Assembly (NCBI GenBank): GCA_012512955.1
Contig: JAAZDD010000165.1
Span: 1 to 43,156 of the forward strand
DNA: 43,156 bases
Origin: Clostridia bacterium
GTDB taxonomy: Bacteria; Bacillota; DULZ01
Direction: 5' to 3'
Shown: in pieces, positions 34,035 through 43,156 of the stretch
How the letters are laid out: every line of letters begins with the position of its first letter
Position numbering within the stretch: position 1 is the first letter of the stretch
The notes under the pieces: model-generated
The model's input: only the letters and a program-made list of their open reading frames with translations
What the model was told of the DNA's origin: nothing
Database searches by the model: none
Position numbers and translations under genes: made by a program

Positions 34035-35029
34035 AGGAACCTATGAAAGCGGTGATTACCGGTACCGGCAGCTACCTGCCGGACAAAATAATAACTAATG
34101 ATGATTTGGCCCAACAGGTGGATACCAGCGATGAGTGGATCCGGACAAGAACCGGGATTCGGGAAAGAAGGATTTTGGCTGAGGACCGGGCTACGTCGGA
34201 TATGTGTGTTGAGGCGGCCAAACGGGCGCTGGAGGATGCCGGCATGGATGCAGCCGGGGTGGATTTAATTGTGGTGGCGACAGTTACCCCGGATATGTTT
34301 TTCCCGGCTACCGCTTGTCTTGTCCAGGAAAGGTTAGGAGCGGTAAAGGCTGCAGCCTTTGACCTGTCTGCAGGCTGTACCGGATTTGTGTATGCCCTGG
34401 CAACTGCTGCCCAGTTCTTAGAAACAGGGATGTACCGCACTGCTTTGGTCATTGGTGGTGATGCCTTGAGCAGGATCACCAATTGGTCCGATCGGAGTAC
34501 CTGTGTTTTGTTTGGTGACGGGGCAGGGGCCGTAGTCCTGGAGGCTGTTGCTGATCCGGGGAATGGTATTTTGGGTAGCTACCTGAGGGCAGACGGGGGC
34601 GGCGGTCACCTTCTTCATATGCCTGGAGGCGGTTCCCGCTGTCCGGCTTCCGGGGAAAGTGTGGCCAAAGGGCTTCATTACCTGCGCATGGATGGACAGG
34701 AAGTGTTCAAATTTGCGGTAAAGGCCATGGGGGAGGCCGCACTTCACCTACTGGAACAATGCGGCTTGTCCCGGGAAGATATTGATTTTTTGATTCCCCA
34801 TCAAGCCAATATCCGCATTGTCGATGCCGCACTCAAAAGGCTGGGGTTATCCCCGGACAGAGTCTATACAAATCTGGATAAATATGGTAACATGTCTTGT
34901 GCTTCGGTACCTGTAGCCTTGGATGAAGCGGCAAGGGCAGGCAGATTCCACAAAGGTCATTTGCTGTTGCTGGTTGCTTTTGGCGCAGGACTGACCTGGG
35001 GCGGGGTAGCCTTGCGTTGGGCTAAATAA
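34031..35029 (+). CDS. fabH: 3-oxoacyl-ACP synthase III
   Basis: Active-site Cys in LSAGCTGFVYAL, His in IPHQANIRI, Asn in YGNMSCASVP. ATG 34043 is an alternative start. Confidence 0.95.
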   Translation: MKEPMKAVITGTGSYLPDKIITNDDLAQQVDTSDEWIRTRTGIRERRILAEDRATSDMCVEAAKRALEDAGMDAAGVDLIVVATVTPDMFFPATACLVQERLGAVKAAAFDLSAGCTGFVYALATAAQFLETGMYRTALVIGGDALSRITNWSDRSTCVLFGDGAGAVVLEAVADPGNGILGSYLRADGGGGHLLHMPGGGSRCPASGESVAKGLHYLRMDGQEVFKFAVKAMGEAALHLLEQCGLSREDIDFLIPHQANIRIVDAALKRLGLSPDRVYTNLDKYGNMSCASVPVALDEAARAGRFHKGHLLLLVAFGAGLTWGGVALRWAK

Positions 35030-35046
35030 GGAGGAGATGTTTACAG

Positions 35047-36000
35047 GTGAGGAAGGTGCTGCATACGGAATTATGTGATTTGCTGGGTATTCAATACCCG
35101 ATCCTTCAGGGGGGCATGGCTTGGATTGCCAATGGAGATTTGGCTGCTTCCGTGTCAGCGGCGGGAGGTTTGGGGATCATTGGTGCCGGAAATGCACCTC
35201 CCCAGGTAGTGCGGGAAGAGATTAGGAAAGTTAAGGAAATAACCGATCAACCTTTCGGAGTAAATGTCTATTATTTATCCCCCTTTGTGGAGGATGTGGT
35301 TCAGGTGGTGCTGGAAGAAAGGGTACCGGTGATCACCACGGGCGCCGGTAATCCCGGCAAACATATGGCTGCTTTTAAAGAAAAGGGAGTGAAAGTGATC
35401 CCGGTGGTGTCATCAGTGGCCTTGGCTAAACGCCTGGAGCGGGCCGGTGCCGATGCGGTGATTGCGGAAGGAATGGAATGCGGTGGGCATGTAGGGGAAT
35501 TGACCACCATGGCTCTTGTTCCGCAAATAGTCGATGCTGTTTCCATTCCCGTTATTGCCGCCGGCGGCATTGCCGACGGGCGGGGATTGGTGGCTGCTTT
35601 GGCTTTAGGAGCAAAAGGGGTACAGTTGGGCACCAGATTTGTCTGTGCCACGGAATCCCCTGTTCACAGCAATTATAAAAAAGCAATCATCGCTGCCAAA
35701 GACAGGGATACTGTTTTGACCGGTCTACCCGGTCATGAAGTGAGGGTGTTAAAAAATAAATTGACCCGGGAGTTTTTCAACCTCCAGAAGCAAAATGCAA
35801 CGATGGCACAGTATGAGGAGTTGGGCAGGGGTCGGTTACGCCTGGCCGCTGTAGAAGGCGATGTGCAAATGGGATCCGTCATGGCCGGTCAAATCAGCGC
35901 CATGATTCAAAAGGAAGAACCTGCAGCGGAAATCATCAGGGATCTCATGGAGGGAGCCGCGGCAGTTTTGCAAGGGTTGGAAGCTCTCAGGTTAGGCTAG
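35047..36000 (+). CDS. fabK: Enoyl-ACP reductase II (FMN-dependent FabK)
   Basis: Collinear with S. pneumoniae FabK: [77 protein letters not shown] start. Confidence 0.9.
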   Translation: MRKVLHTELCDLLGIQYPILQGGMAWIANGDLAASVSAAGGLGIIGAGNAPPQVVREEIRKVKEITDQPFGVNVYYLSPFVEDVVQVVLEERVPVITTGAGNPGKHMAAFKEKGVKVIPVVSSVALAKRLERAGADAVIAEGMECGGHVGELTTMALVPQIVDAVSIPVIAAGGIADGRGLVAALALGAKGVQLGTRFVCATESPVHSNYKKAIIAAKDRDTVLTGLPGHEVRVLKNKLTREFFNLQKQNATMAQYEELGRGRLRLAAVEGDVQMGSVMAGQISAMIQKEEPAAEIIRDLMEGAAAVLQGLEALRLG

Positions 36001-36008
36001 GTGAAACA

Positions 36009-36959
36009 ATGAAGGGAAAAATCGCGGTAGTCTTTCCGGGACAGGGTTCTCAATATCCTGGGATGGGACGGGAATTGACCGAAAAATACCCGTTGGCGAA
36101 ACAGGTGTTTGCGGAGGCTGATTCCCTTAAACCTTCCTTATCCCAGCTCTGTTTCGAAGGTCCCGAGGAAGAGTTGAAAAAGACGGTCAATACCCAACCG
36201 GCTTTGCTAACGGTGAACATGGCTTGTTTCCAGGTATTGCGTTCCCGGGGAATTGAACCGGATTTTCTGGCGGGCCACAGTCTGGGTGAGTATTGTGCCC
36301 TGGTGGCCTCCGGTGTGCTGGAGTTTACCGAGGCCCTGAAGCTGGTGATGTTAAGAAGTCAACTGATGGAAGAAGCGGTTCCCCAGGGTGTGGGCGGCAT
36401 GGCTGCAATTCTTGGTTTGAGCCCGGAGGCGGTCACGGAACTCTGCCTGGAAGCGGCCGCCGAAAGTTGGGTGGAGCCAGCCAATTTTAACTGTCCCGGA
36501 CAGGTGGTGATTGCCGGCTACCGGGAGGGTATCAGCCGGGCCATGGAACTGGCCAAAAACAAAGGCGCTAAACGGGTAATCCCTTTGAACGTCAGCGGCC
36601 CCTTCCATTCACGCCTGATGGAGCCGGCAGGGAAAGCTTTGGCTCAGGCCTTGGAGAAAGTAACCTTACGGCTGCCAAAATTGCCGGTAGTCGCCAATGT
36701 GACGGCGGAACCGGAAGACAAACCGGAAAGGATCGCTTTCAATCTGGCCATGCAGGTAAGCAGGCCCGTACGCTGGGAAGAAAGTATCTTGTTCCTGTAC
36801 CGGCAAGGGGTAAGAACCTTTATTGAGGTAGGCCCTGGTAAAGTACTTACCGGCTTGATTAAAAAGACGGTGAAAGAGGTAACTCTGCTTAATGTGGAAG
36901 ATGAGGAGAGTTTGCAGGCTACTGTTTCCAAGCTTGAGGAGGTGAACCGGTGCTCTTAG
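36009..36959 (+). CDS. fabD: Malonyl-CoA:ACP transacylase
   Basis: FPGQGSQ, the GHSLGEY nucleophile elbow, and NVSGPFHS. Confidence 0.95.
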   Translation: MKGKIAVVFPGQGSQYPGMGRELTEKYPLAKQVFAEADSLKPSLSQLCFEGPEEELKKTVNTQPALLTVNMACFQVLRSRGIEPDFLAGHSLGEYCALVASGVLEFTEALKLVMLRSQLMEEAVPQGVGGMAAILGLSPEAVTELCLEAAAESWVEPANFNCPGQVVIAGYREGISRAMELAKNKGAKRVIPLNVSGPFHSRLMEPAGKALAQALEKVTLRLPKLPVVANVTAEPEDKPERIAFNLAMQVSRPVRWEESILFLYRQGVRTFIEVGPGKVLTGLIKKTVKEVTLLNVEDEESLQATVSKLEEVNRCS

Positions 36960-37693
36960 CAGGTAAGGTGGCGTTAGTGACGGGAAGTTCCAGAGGAATT
37001 GGCAGGGCTATTGCCCTGGCCATGGCTAAAGAAGGTTGCCAGGTGGCAGTCAACTATGTGGGTAATGAAGAGAAGGCCAAGGGCCTTTGTGAAGAAATCG
37101 GCAGTTTGGGAGGGAAAGCCCTTCCCTTTAAGGCTGACGTCAGCCGGTGGGATGAGGCCAAAACCCTGGTGGATGGTGTTTTAGCGTCTTTTGGCCGGGT
37201 GGATATTTTGGTGAATAATGCCGGTATTACCAGGGACAATTTGTTGCTGCGGCTGAGTCTGGACGATTGGGAAGAAGTTTTACGGACTAACCTGACCGGG
37301 GTTTACAATTGTACCAAACTGGTGTTAAAGCCCATGATAAAACAAAGGTGGGGACGGATCATCAATATCACTTCCGTGTCCGGTATAACAGGCAATCCCG
37401 GCCAGTCCAATTATGCCGCCGCCAAGGCCGGCTTAATCGGCTTTACTAAATCATTAGCCAAGGAGGTGGCTTCCCGGAACATCCTGGTGAACGGGATCGC
37501 CCCCGGATTCATCGCCACCGACATGACCGAGAAACTGGTTAAAGAGGGCCAGGAAGAACTGGCGGCAGCAATTCCGTTGGGGAGGCTTGGCAGTCCTGAA
37601 GAAATTGCCCATGTGGCGGTGTTTCTGGCCTCGGAAAAGGCTGGCTATATTACCGGTCAAATTATTACGGTGGACGGCGGCTTGACTATGTAA
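36950..37693 (+). CDS. fabG: 3-oxoacyl-ACP reductase
   Basis: TGSSRGIG cofactor loop, NNAGI, and catalytic S...YAAAK. GTG start overlaps the fabD end. Confidence 0.95.
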   Translation: MLLAGKVALVTGSSRGIGRAIALAMAKEGCQVAVNYVGNEEKAKGLCEEIGSLGGKALPFKADVSRWDEAKTLVDGVLASFGRVDILVNNAGITRDNLLLRLSLDDWEEVLRTNLTGVYNCTKLVLKPMIKQRWGRIINITSVSGITGNPGQSNYAAAKAGLIGFTKSLAKEVASRNILVNGIAPGFIATDMTEKLVKEGQEELAAAIPLGRLGSPEEIAHVAVFLASEKAGYITGQIITVDGGLTM

Positions 37694-37731
37694 CAAATTG
37701 GTAATAAAATCAGTGGAAGGAGGTGAGATTT

Positions 37732-37965
37732 TTGTCAACAGTCTTTGAAAAAATTAAAGCTATCGTAGTGGAACAATTAGGTGTGGAAGAAGATGAGGTT
37801 ACCATGGAGACTTCCTTTGAATCTCTGAATGCAGATTCTTTGGACGTGGTGGAGTTAGTAATGGCCCTGGAAGAAGAATTTGGTTTAGAGATACCTGATG
37901 AGGATGCTGAAAAGCTTGTCACGGTCAAAGCAGCGGTGGAGTATGTGACTCAAAAAATCAGCTGA
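37732..37965 (+). CDS. acpP: Acyl carrier protein
   Basis: [17 protein letters not shown]...[20 protein letters not shown] carries the DSLD phosphopantetheine site. TTG 37732 is 5 nt after GGAGGTG. The track start 37723 lies within the RBS. Confidence 0.95.
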   Translation: MSTVFEKIKAIVVEQLGVEEDEVTMETSFESLNADSLDVVELVMALEEEFGLEIPDEDAEKLVTVKAAVEYVTQKIS

Positions 37966-37971
37966 TCATGG

Positions 37972-37997
37972 TCCCGTAGTTTTCTACGGGATTTTTA
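37972..37997 (+). terminator. Intrinsic terminator/attenuator immediately after acpP
   Basis: TCCCGTAG-TTTT-CTACGGGA hairpin (37972-37991), followed by TTTTTA. Confidence 0.75.
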
Positions 37998-38049
37998 CTG
38001 GTGGAGTATAAAGGCAATAATGCCGTTAGTTTATTTTGGCTATGGGGGA

Positions 38050-39000
38050 ATGATGATGCAGCTTCCGAAACTGCGAATAGGAAATCTTGAGGCGCGGTTG
38101 CCCATTATTCAGGGAGGAATGGCGGTGCGGATCTCTACCGCTCCTTTGGCTGCAGCTGTAGCCAACGAAGGTGGTATTGGGGTCATCGCCGGAACGGGAA
38201 TGACCGTAGGGGAACTGAAGCAGGAAATCAGGCAGGCCAGAAGTTTAAGTAAAGGTATTATCGGTGTCAATGTTATGTTTGCGATACGGGAATTCCAAGC
38301 CCTGGTAACGGCGGCTCTTGAGGAGGGGATTGATCTGGTTATTTCAGGGGCCGGCTTCTCCAGGGACATGTTTCAATGGGGTCGGAAGTACAACAAGCCA
38401 ATCGTTCCCATTGTAGCCACCTCCCGTCTGGCTAAACTGGCGGAGGGACTGGGGGCAGCTGCTGTGATCGTGGAAGGCACCGAGGCCGGGGGACATTTGG
38501 GCACTTTGGAACCCTTGCGGAAACTCTTGCCCTCTGTCCGGGAAGCGGTAAGAATACCGGTTATTGCAGCGGGCGGTATCCTGACCGGTAAGGATATTGT
38601 GGAAGCCTTGTCGGCAGGAGCCGACGGGGTGCAGATGGGTACCAGGTTTGCTGCCTCCCTAGAATCTAATGCTTCGAATGAGTATAAGCAACTGTATGTT
38701 GAGGCCGGTGAAAAAGATGTGGTTTTAATCGACAGCCCGGCAGGTTTACCGGGAAGAGGGATTCGTAATGAGTTCGTGAAAATGCTGGAAAGGAAGGCCC
38801 CTCTGTCTTCCTGGCAGTGCAGAAATTGTCTAAAAAAATGTTCCCGCAATTTTTGTATTTTGACGGCACTGGAAAATGCCCAGAAGGGTTTCCTGAAAGA
38901 AGGTTTGGTGTTTGCCGGCACTAAAGTGAGTCAAATCAAGGAGATCTTATCGGTGCGGGAAATCTTTCAACGGTTGCTGGATGAGGCAGGAAAATGTTAG
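38050..39000 (+). CDS. Nitronate monooxygenase / 2-nitropropane-dioxygenase family flavoprotein; divergent FabK-like paralogue with a C-terminal Cys cluster
   Basis: [34 protein letters not shown] and VQMGTRF place it in the NMO/FabK fold. It is much less similar to FabK than ORF 35047. It has a unique [15 protein letters not shown] segment. Start is one of three consecutive ATGs at 38050-38058, after GGGGGA. Confidence 0.75.
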   Translation: MMMQLPKLRIGNLEARLPIIQGGMAVRISTAPLAAAVANEGGIGVIAGTGMTVGELKQEIRQARSLSKGIIGVNVMFAIREFQALVTAALEEGIDLVISGAGFSRDMFQWGRKYNKPIVPIVATSRLAKLAEGLGAAAVIVEGTEAGGHLGTLEPLRKLLPSVREAVRIPVIAAGGILTGKDIVEALSAGADGVQMGTRFAASLESNASNEYKQLYVEAGEKDVVLIDSPAGLPGRGIRNEFVKMLERKAPLSSWQCRNCLKKCSRNFCILTALENAQKGFLKEGLVFAGTKVSQIKEILSVREIFQRLLDEAGKC

Positions 39001-39017
39001 GAAAGGAGGTAATTAGG

Positions 39018-40259
39018 TTGAAAAAGCGGGTAGTAGTAACCGGCATTGGAGTCATTTCTCCGGTAGGAATAGGAATTGAACCTTTTTGGCAGGCTTTAAT
39101 TGAGGGGCAATCCGGTTTGGGGCCGGTGACTCTTTTTGATGCCTCCCCGCTGCCTACCAGGATTGCCGGTGAGGTTAAAGGTTTTGATCCGTTGGAGTAC
39201 CTGGATAAAAAGGAAGCAAGACGGATGGATCGCTGTACCCAATTTGCTTTGAGTGCTACCAAGATGGCGATCAGCGATGCAGCCCTGGACTTTGAACAAG
39301 TGGACAAACAGCGGGTTGGCGTGGTGCTGGGCTCCGGAATTGGCGGAATTCAGACCTTTGAGGACCAGCACCGGACGCTGTTGGAGAGAGGTCCCGGTAG
39401 GGTAAGTCCCTTTTTTGTGCCAATGATGATCGCCAACATGGCCGCCGGGCATATTTCCATCATGCTTGATGCCCGAGGACCCAATTACACGGTGGTCAGT
39501 GCCTGTGCTTCAGCCACTAACGCCATTGGAGAAGCTTTTAAATTGCTTCAACGGGGTGTTGCGGATGTGGTCATTACCGGTGGTACTGAGGCGGGAGTGA
39601 CCCTTGCCTCCATGGCCGGATTCTGTGCCATGAAAGCCATGTCTACCAGAAATGATGAACCCCAAAAAGCTTCACGGCCTTTTGATCAGGACAGGGACGG
39701 CTTTGTCCTGAGTGAAGGAGCAGGCATTCTGATTTTAGAATCCCTGGAGCATGCCCGGGGACGGAAAGCAAAAATATACGGAGAACTGGCCGGGTACGGC
39801 TGTACAGCCGATGCTTACCATATTACGGCTCCTGCTCCCGGCGGGGATCAAGCGGCCAGAGCCATGGCCTTGGCTCTGCAAGACGGTGGTCTGGCGGTCG
39901 GGGATGTGGATTATATTAATGCCCACGGTACTTCCACCGATTTGAACGATAAACTGGAAACCATGGCTATAAAAAAGGTTTTTGGGGAACGAGCTTCTCA
40001 AATCCCTATCAGTTCCACCAAGTCCATGACCGGCCATTTGCTGGGGGCTGCAGGGGCCATTGAAGCGATTGCTTGTTTGCTAGCTATTAACAGAGGGGTG
40101 ATCCCCCCAACGATCAATTACGAAAATCCGGATCCCGAATGTGACCTGGACTATGTACCCAACCAGGCTCGCAGGGCTGAGGTCCGGGTGGCCTTATCCA
40201 ATTCCTTTGGTTTTGGAGGACACAATGCATCTATTGTGTTGAAGGTGTTGGAGGCTTAG
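39018..40259 (+). CDS. fabF: 3-oxoacyl-ACP synthase II
   Basis: [15 protein letters not shown]-terminus, active-site Cys in [13 protein letters not shown], and [11 protein letters not shown] 39018 is 8 nt after AAGGAGG. The track start 38994 overlaps the upstream gene. Confidence 0.95.
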   Translation: MKKRVVVTGIGVISPVGIGIEPFWQALIEGQSGLGPVTLFDASPLPTRIAGEVKGFDPLEYLDKKEARRMDRCTQFALSATKMAISDAALDFEQVDKQRVGVVLGSGIGGIQTFEDQHRTLLERGPGRVSPFFVPMMIANMAAGHISIMLDARGPNYTVVSACASATNAIGEAFKLLQRGVADVVITGGTEAGVTLASMAGFCAMKAMSTRNDEPQKASRPFDQDRDGFVLSEGAGILILESLEHARGRKAKIYGELAGYGCTADAYHITAPAPGGDQAARAMALALQDGGLAVGDVDYINAHGTSTDLNDKLETMAIKKVFGERASQIPISSTKSMTGHLLGAAGAIEAIACLLAINRGVIPPTINYENPDPECDLDYVPNQARRAEVRVALSNSFGFGGHNASIVLKVLEA

Positions 40260-40278
40260 GACCGGGAGGGCTTCAAAC

Positions 40279-40986
40279 ATGAATGGACCGCGAATGGAAC
40301 AACTACAGGAACTAGCAACGAAATTGGCTATCCGGATGAATTCCTGGGACTTGTTGAATGAAGCTTTAACTCATCGCACTTATAAAGCGGAGCATCCCAA
40401 TTTGAGGCTGAAAGATAATCAACGTCTGGAGTTTTTGGGGGATGCTGTATTAGGAATGATTGTAGCTGAGTATTTATTTACCAACTTTGCTAATAAGGCG
40501 GAAGGAGATTTAACGCGGATGAGGGCGGCGGTGGTCTGCGAGGCCTCCTTGGCCCGCCAGGCAATTAAATTTGAAATCGGTAAGTACCTGCTCTTGGGTA
40601 AAGGAGAAGATTTATCCGGAGGGCGTACCCGTTCCTCAACCCTCAGTGATGCCGTGGAAGCAATCATCGGTGCCGTTTTTATGGATCAGGGTTTGGGGGA
40701 GACAAGGAAATTGGTCCTTAGGTTGTTACAGGAGGAAATTGAAGAAGCGGCGCAAGGCAAGAACCGGGATTACAAGACCATGCTCCAGGAACTGGTTCAT
40801 AAGCGGTTTGAAGATGTGGTTACTTACCAGATCTTAAAAGAGGTCGGTCCGGATCATGACAAGCGGTACCAAGCCGGTGTTATCCTGAAAGGGCAGCTGG
40901 TATCCACAGGAACAGGCAAGAGCAAAAAAGAAGCGGAACAGCAGGCTGCCCAGTTGGCCTTGGCACAACTGCAAAACCGTAAATAA
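40279..40986 (+). CDS. rnc: Ribonuclease III
   Basis: NQRLEFLGDAVLG signature, and a C-terminal dsRBD with KSKKEAEQQAA. ATG is 8 nt after GGGAGGG. Confidence 0.95.
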   Translation: MNGPRMEQLQELATKLAIRMNSWDLLNEALTHRTYKAEHPNLRLKDNQRLEFLGDAVLGMIVAEYLFTNFANKAEGDLTRMRAAVVCEASLARQAIKFEIGKYLLLGKGEDLSGGRTRSSTLSDAVEAIIGAVFMDQGLGETRKLVLRLLQEEIEEAAQGKNRDYKTMLQELVHKRFEDVVTYQILKEVGPDHDKRYQAGVILKGQLVSTGTGKSKKEAEQQAAQLALAQLQNRK

Positions 40987-41010
40987 GCTGCAAGGGCAGC
41001 TTATTTTTTT
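40984..41010 (+). terminator. Intrinsic terminator after rnc
   Basis: TAAGCTGC-AAGG-GCAGCTTA hairpin, followed by 7 T. It overlaps the rnc stop codon. Confidence 0.85.
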
Positions 41011-41030
41011 GCAACGGTTTGCCTATTTCA

Positions 41031-41039
41031 TGTTAAAAT
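41031..41039 (+). promoter_or_regulatory. Extended -10 element (TGtTAAAAT) upstream of smc
   Basis: TGTTAAAAT at 41031-41039. TTGCAA at 41009-41014 has a 19-nt spacer. Confidence 0.35.
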
Positions 41040-41076
41040 ATTGAAGTATGATCATCGCGGGTTGGATGTAAGAGGC

Positions 41077-43156
41077 TTGTATCTAAAATCCCTGGAGATT
41101 CATGGTTTCAAATCCTTTGCCGACAAAACAAAACTGGAATTCGGACCAGGCATCACCTGCATTGTGGGCCCCAACGGCAGCGGGAAGAGCAAAATTTGTG
41201 ATGCCCTCCGGTGGGTGTTGGGGGAGCAGAGCATCAAGACTTTAAGGGGTGCTAAGCTGGAAGATGTTATTTTCAACGGCAGCGAAAGCAGGAAACCTTT
41301 AGGAATGGCAGCGGTGACTTTGGTGTTCGACAATGCTTCCGGCCTTTTACCTTTGGCATTCGACGAAGTTACTGTTTCCCGGCGAGTTTATCGTTCCGGT
41401 GAAAGTGAGTTTTTGATAAATAAGGTACCTTGCCGTTTAAAAGATATTCAAGAACTTTTCCACGATACGGGCGTAGGGAAAGAAGCTTTTGCCATTATCG
41501 GTCAGGGGCAGATTGACGCTATCCTGAGTTCCCGCCCGGAAGAACGGAGGGCCCTGTTTGAAGAAGCGGCCGGCATCATCCGTTACCGGAACCGGAAAAT
41601 AGAGGCTGCCAGGAAGTTGGAAAGTACCAGTGCTAATCTGGACCGCTTACAGGATCTCCTGTTTGAGATTGAGCAAAATTTGCCGCCTTTAAAAGAAGAA
41701 GCGGAAAAAGCCAGGCAACACCTGGAATGGAGCCGGGAACTGGAAGCCTTAGAAATCAGCCTATCCTGCCTGGATTTGGAAAAAATGAGCTTGGAACGGG
41801 TAAAAGTGCAGGAGCAGGAAAAAGAACTGGAAAAAAGGCTTTGGGAACTGGAGGCCAATCATGCGCTGCTAACCACCCGGTGGGAGGAAAGCAAGTTAAC
41901 CAAACAAAACCTGGAAGAACAACTGGGAAAACTGCAGGAAGAGCTGTACCGGCGGCAAAAGGAGCTAAGTCAAATTCAAGGCGAAATCACTATCGCCAAG
42001 GACCGGATAGTATCAGTTCAGGACAGGGAAGTTCAACTGCATGAGGAACAAAAACAGAACGAGGCCAAAAGAGCCCAACTGGAAGAGGAATGCGCCAAGC
42101 TGCAACAGGAATATGACCTGTTGCTAGCGGCCAGCACTCCCCAGGAGGAGGCAGTGGCCGCCGGGGAGAGCCAACTGTTAACCTACCGGCAGGAGCTGGC
42201 TGAATGCCGGGAAAGGGACAACCGGTTAAAGGAGAATCTCTTTGATGCAGAACAAAAAGTGGTGACCTTAAATAACAAGCAATTGGAACTGCAATTTGAA
42301 CTGAAGAATCTGAAACAGCAGTCCCTGAAATTAAAAGAAAACGAAGGAACCCTGGAACGCCACCGGCAGGAGCTACAGGAACAGTTGGAAGCCAATGAGG
42401 TTAAGCTTTCCGAATACCGGGAGAGACTGGTTCAGATGGGACAAGCCCGGAGGGAAAACAGTGATACCCAACAAAAGATTCATCAGCTCCTTGGGGACCT
42501 GACCAAGGAACTTCAATTGCTGAGCCAGGCCAAACACGGCATTTCTTCCCGGATCAAAGTCCTGGAGGAAATGAAGGAAAACCTGGAGGGTTATCAGGCC
42601 GGTGTCCGTAATTTGCTAAGGAAGCCTGTGGCCCAAGGTGAACTCTCTATTCTGGGGGTAGTCGGTGAGCTGCTGAAAGTCCCTTCTCAATACGAAAGGG
42701 CTGTGGAAACGGCTTTGGGCAGCGCTGTTCAAAACCTGGTAACCGAAACCGATGAAGATGCCCAGGCAGCCATCCAGTGGCTGAAAAAAGAAAATGCAGG
42801 TCGAGCAACATTTCTTCCTTTAAATACCCTGAAGCCCCGCTTGCTGGCCAAGGAGTACCATCCCCTGCTGGGGGAGAAGGGGGTGTTGGGGGTAGCTTCC
42901 GACCTGGTGGAAATCGTTCCGGGGTTGGAAAAGGTGCTGGATTATTTATTAGGGAACATCATTGTGGTCAGGGACTTGGCTACCGGTCGCCTCCTTGCCC
43001 GCAAGAGCCGTTATTCCCTGAAAATAGTCACTCTTGACGGTGACATCTTGTTTCCCGGAGGATCCCTGACGGGAGGCAGCCACAAGAATGTGGGAAGCGG
43101 TCTTTTAGGTAGAAACCGGGAGATTGGGGAACAGAAAAACCAGTTGCGTAAATTGG
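41077..43156 (+). CDS. smc: Chromosome segregation ATPase SMC (N-terminal head, coiled coil and hinge; 3' end beyond the window)
   Basis: Not in the ORF track (no stop in the window). The frame is open from 41077 to 43156. LYLKSLEIHGFKSFADKT..., Walker A GPNGSGKS, a long heptad-rich region, and hinge-like GVVGELLKV...ALGSAVQNLV. TTG 41077 was chosen by homology-typical N-terminus; its RBS is poor, and TTG 41062 is the alternative. Confidence 0.9.
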   Translation, partial: MYLKSLEIHGFKSFADKTKLEFGPGITCIVGPNGSGKSKICDALRWVLGEQSIKTLRGAKLEDVIFNGSESRKPLGMAAVTLVFDNASGLLPLAFDEVTVSRRVYRSGESEFLINKVPCRLKDIQELFHDTGVGKEAFAIIGQGQIDAILSSRPEERRALFEEAAGIIRYRNRKIEAARKLESTSANLDRLQDLLFEIEQNLPPLKEEAEKARQHLEWSRELEALEISLSCLDLEKMSLERVKVQEQEKELEKRLWELEANHALLTTRWEESKLTKQNLEEQLGKLQEELYRRQKELSQIQGEITIAKDRIVSVQDREVQLHEEQKQNEAKRAQLEEECAKLQQEYDLLLAASTPQEEAVAAGESQLLTYRQELAECRERDNRLKENLFDAEQKVVTLNNKQLELQFELKNLKQQSLKLKENEGTLERHRQELQEQLEANEVKLSEYRERLVQMGQARRENSDTQQKIHQLLGDLTKELQLLSQAKHGISSRIKVLEEMKENLEGYQAGVRNLLRKPVAQGELSILGVVGELLKVPSQYERAVETALGSAVQNLVTETDEDAQAAIQWLKKENAGRATFLPLNTLKPRLLAKEYHPLLGEKGVLGVASDLVEIVPGLEKVLDYLLGNIIVVRDLATGRLLARKSRYSLKIVTLDGDILFPGGSLTGGSHKNVGSGLLGRNREIGEQKNQLRKL

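Noticed and set aside
35037-35078. 13-codon ORF (MFTGEEGAAYGIM) overlapping the fabK start, in another frame.
   Set aside because: The ATG is only 2 nt from the SD, which is too close. The same SD serves the fabK GTG at a workable 10-12 nt. No leader-peptide logic is evident.
40955-40975. TGGCAC-containing strings (also near 18495) were checked as sigma-54 -24/-12 elements.
   Set aside because: The GG-to-GC spacing is wrong (8-9 nt instead of the 10-nt gap). Both lie inside coding sequence.
1-43156. I scanned for CRISPR arrays, tRNA/rRNA genes, IS elements or transposases, integrases, toxin-antitoxin pairs, and known defence-system genes.
   Set aside because: None were seen. There are no regularly spaced direct repeats and no cloverleaf-like or rRNA-like segments. 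Every sizeable ORF is accounted for by a housekeeping or sporulation family.

Overview
This 43-kb window is core chromosome from a spore-forming Firmicute. It looks like class Clostridia, Peptococcaceae/Desulfotomaculum-like, with moderate GC; that placement is inferred from gene content and order only. Almost every base is accounted for by intact, tightly packed housekeeping genes, mostly on the + strand.

Gene order, left to right:
- a partial permease on the minus strand
- priA-def-fmt-DUF116-Zn peptidase-rsmB-rlmN
- an FHA/FHA/PP2C/SEDS/class-B PBP/PASTA-kinase block
- rsgA-rpe
- FMN riboswitch-ribU, a YfcE-like phosphoesterase, rpmB, DUF1858, asp23, DAK2 (yloV), recG
- a forespore patch: a small orphan ORF, an alpha/beta SASP with a sigma-G promoter, gpr on the minus strand, and a YlaI-like zinc-ribbon mini-gene
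- an ADP-forming acetyl-CoA synthetase on the minus strand
- rsmD, a coiled-coil protein, ylbJ on the minus strand, a patatin-like protein (ylbK), ackA, yceD/ylbN, rpmF
- a complete fapR-plsX-fabH-fabK-fabD-fabG-acpP-(second NMO/FabK-like)-fabF cluster
- rnc and the 5' two-thirds of smc

I saw no tRNA, rRNA, CRISPR, IS/transposon, prophage or recognisable defence genes, so I find no evidence of a novel multi-gene system.

The one stretch the gene model does not explain is the 416-bp divergent gap at 26723-27138. It carries a perfect 17-bp inverted repeat over the acs promoter. It also has an orphan minus-strand intrinsic terminator preceded by several strong hairpins and CU-rich (anti-SD-like) tracts. 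This is a candidate sRNA or cis-leader that I cannot assign to a known RNA family.

Other points worth a second look:
- the actinobacterial-style fhaA-fhaB-pstP-rodA-pbpA-pknB module nested in the Firmicute rlmN/prkC locus
- the translationally coupled DUF116 and Zn-peptidase pair between fmt and rsmB
- a second, Cys-cluster-bearing NMO/FabK paralogue behind the acpP terminator
- a near-consensus FapR operator

Many ORF-track N-termini are over-extended. I re-called starts from RBS spacing and homology-typical N-termini. All family calls rest on motif recognition by eye; no database search was run.
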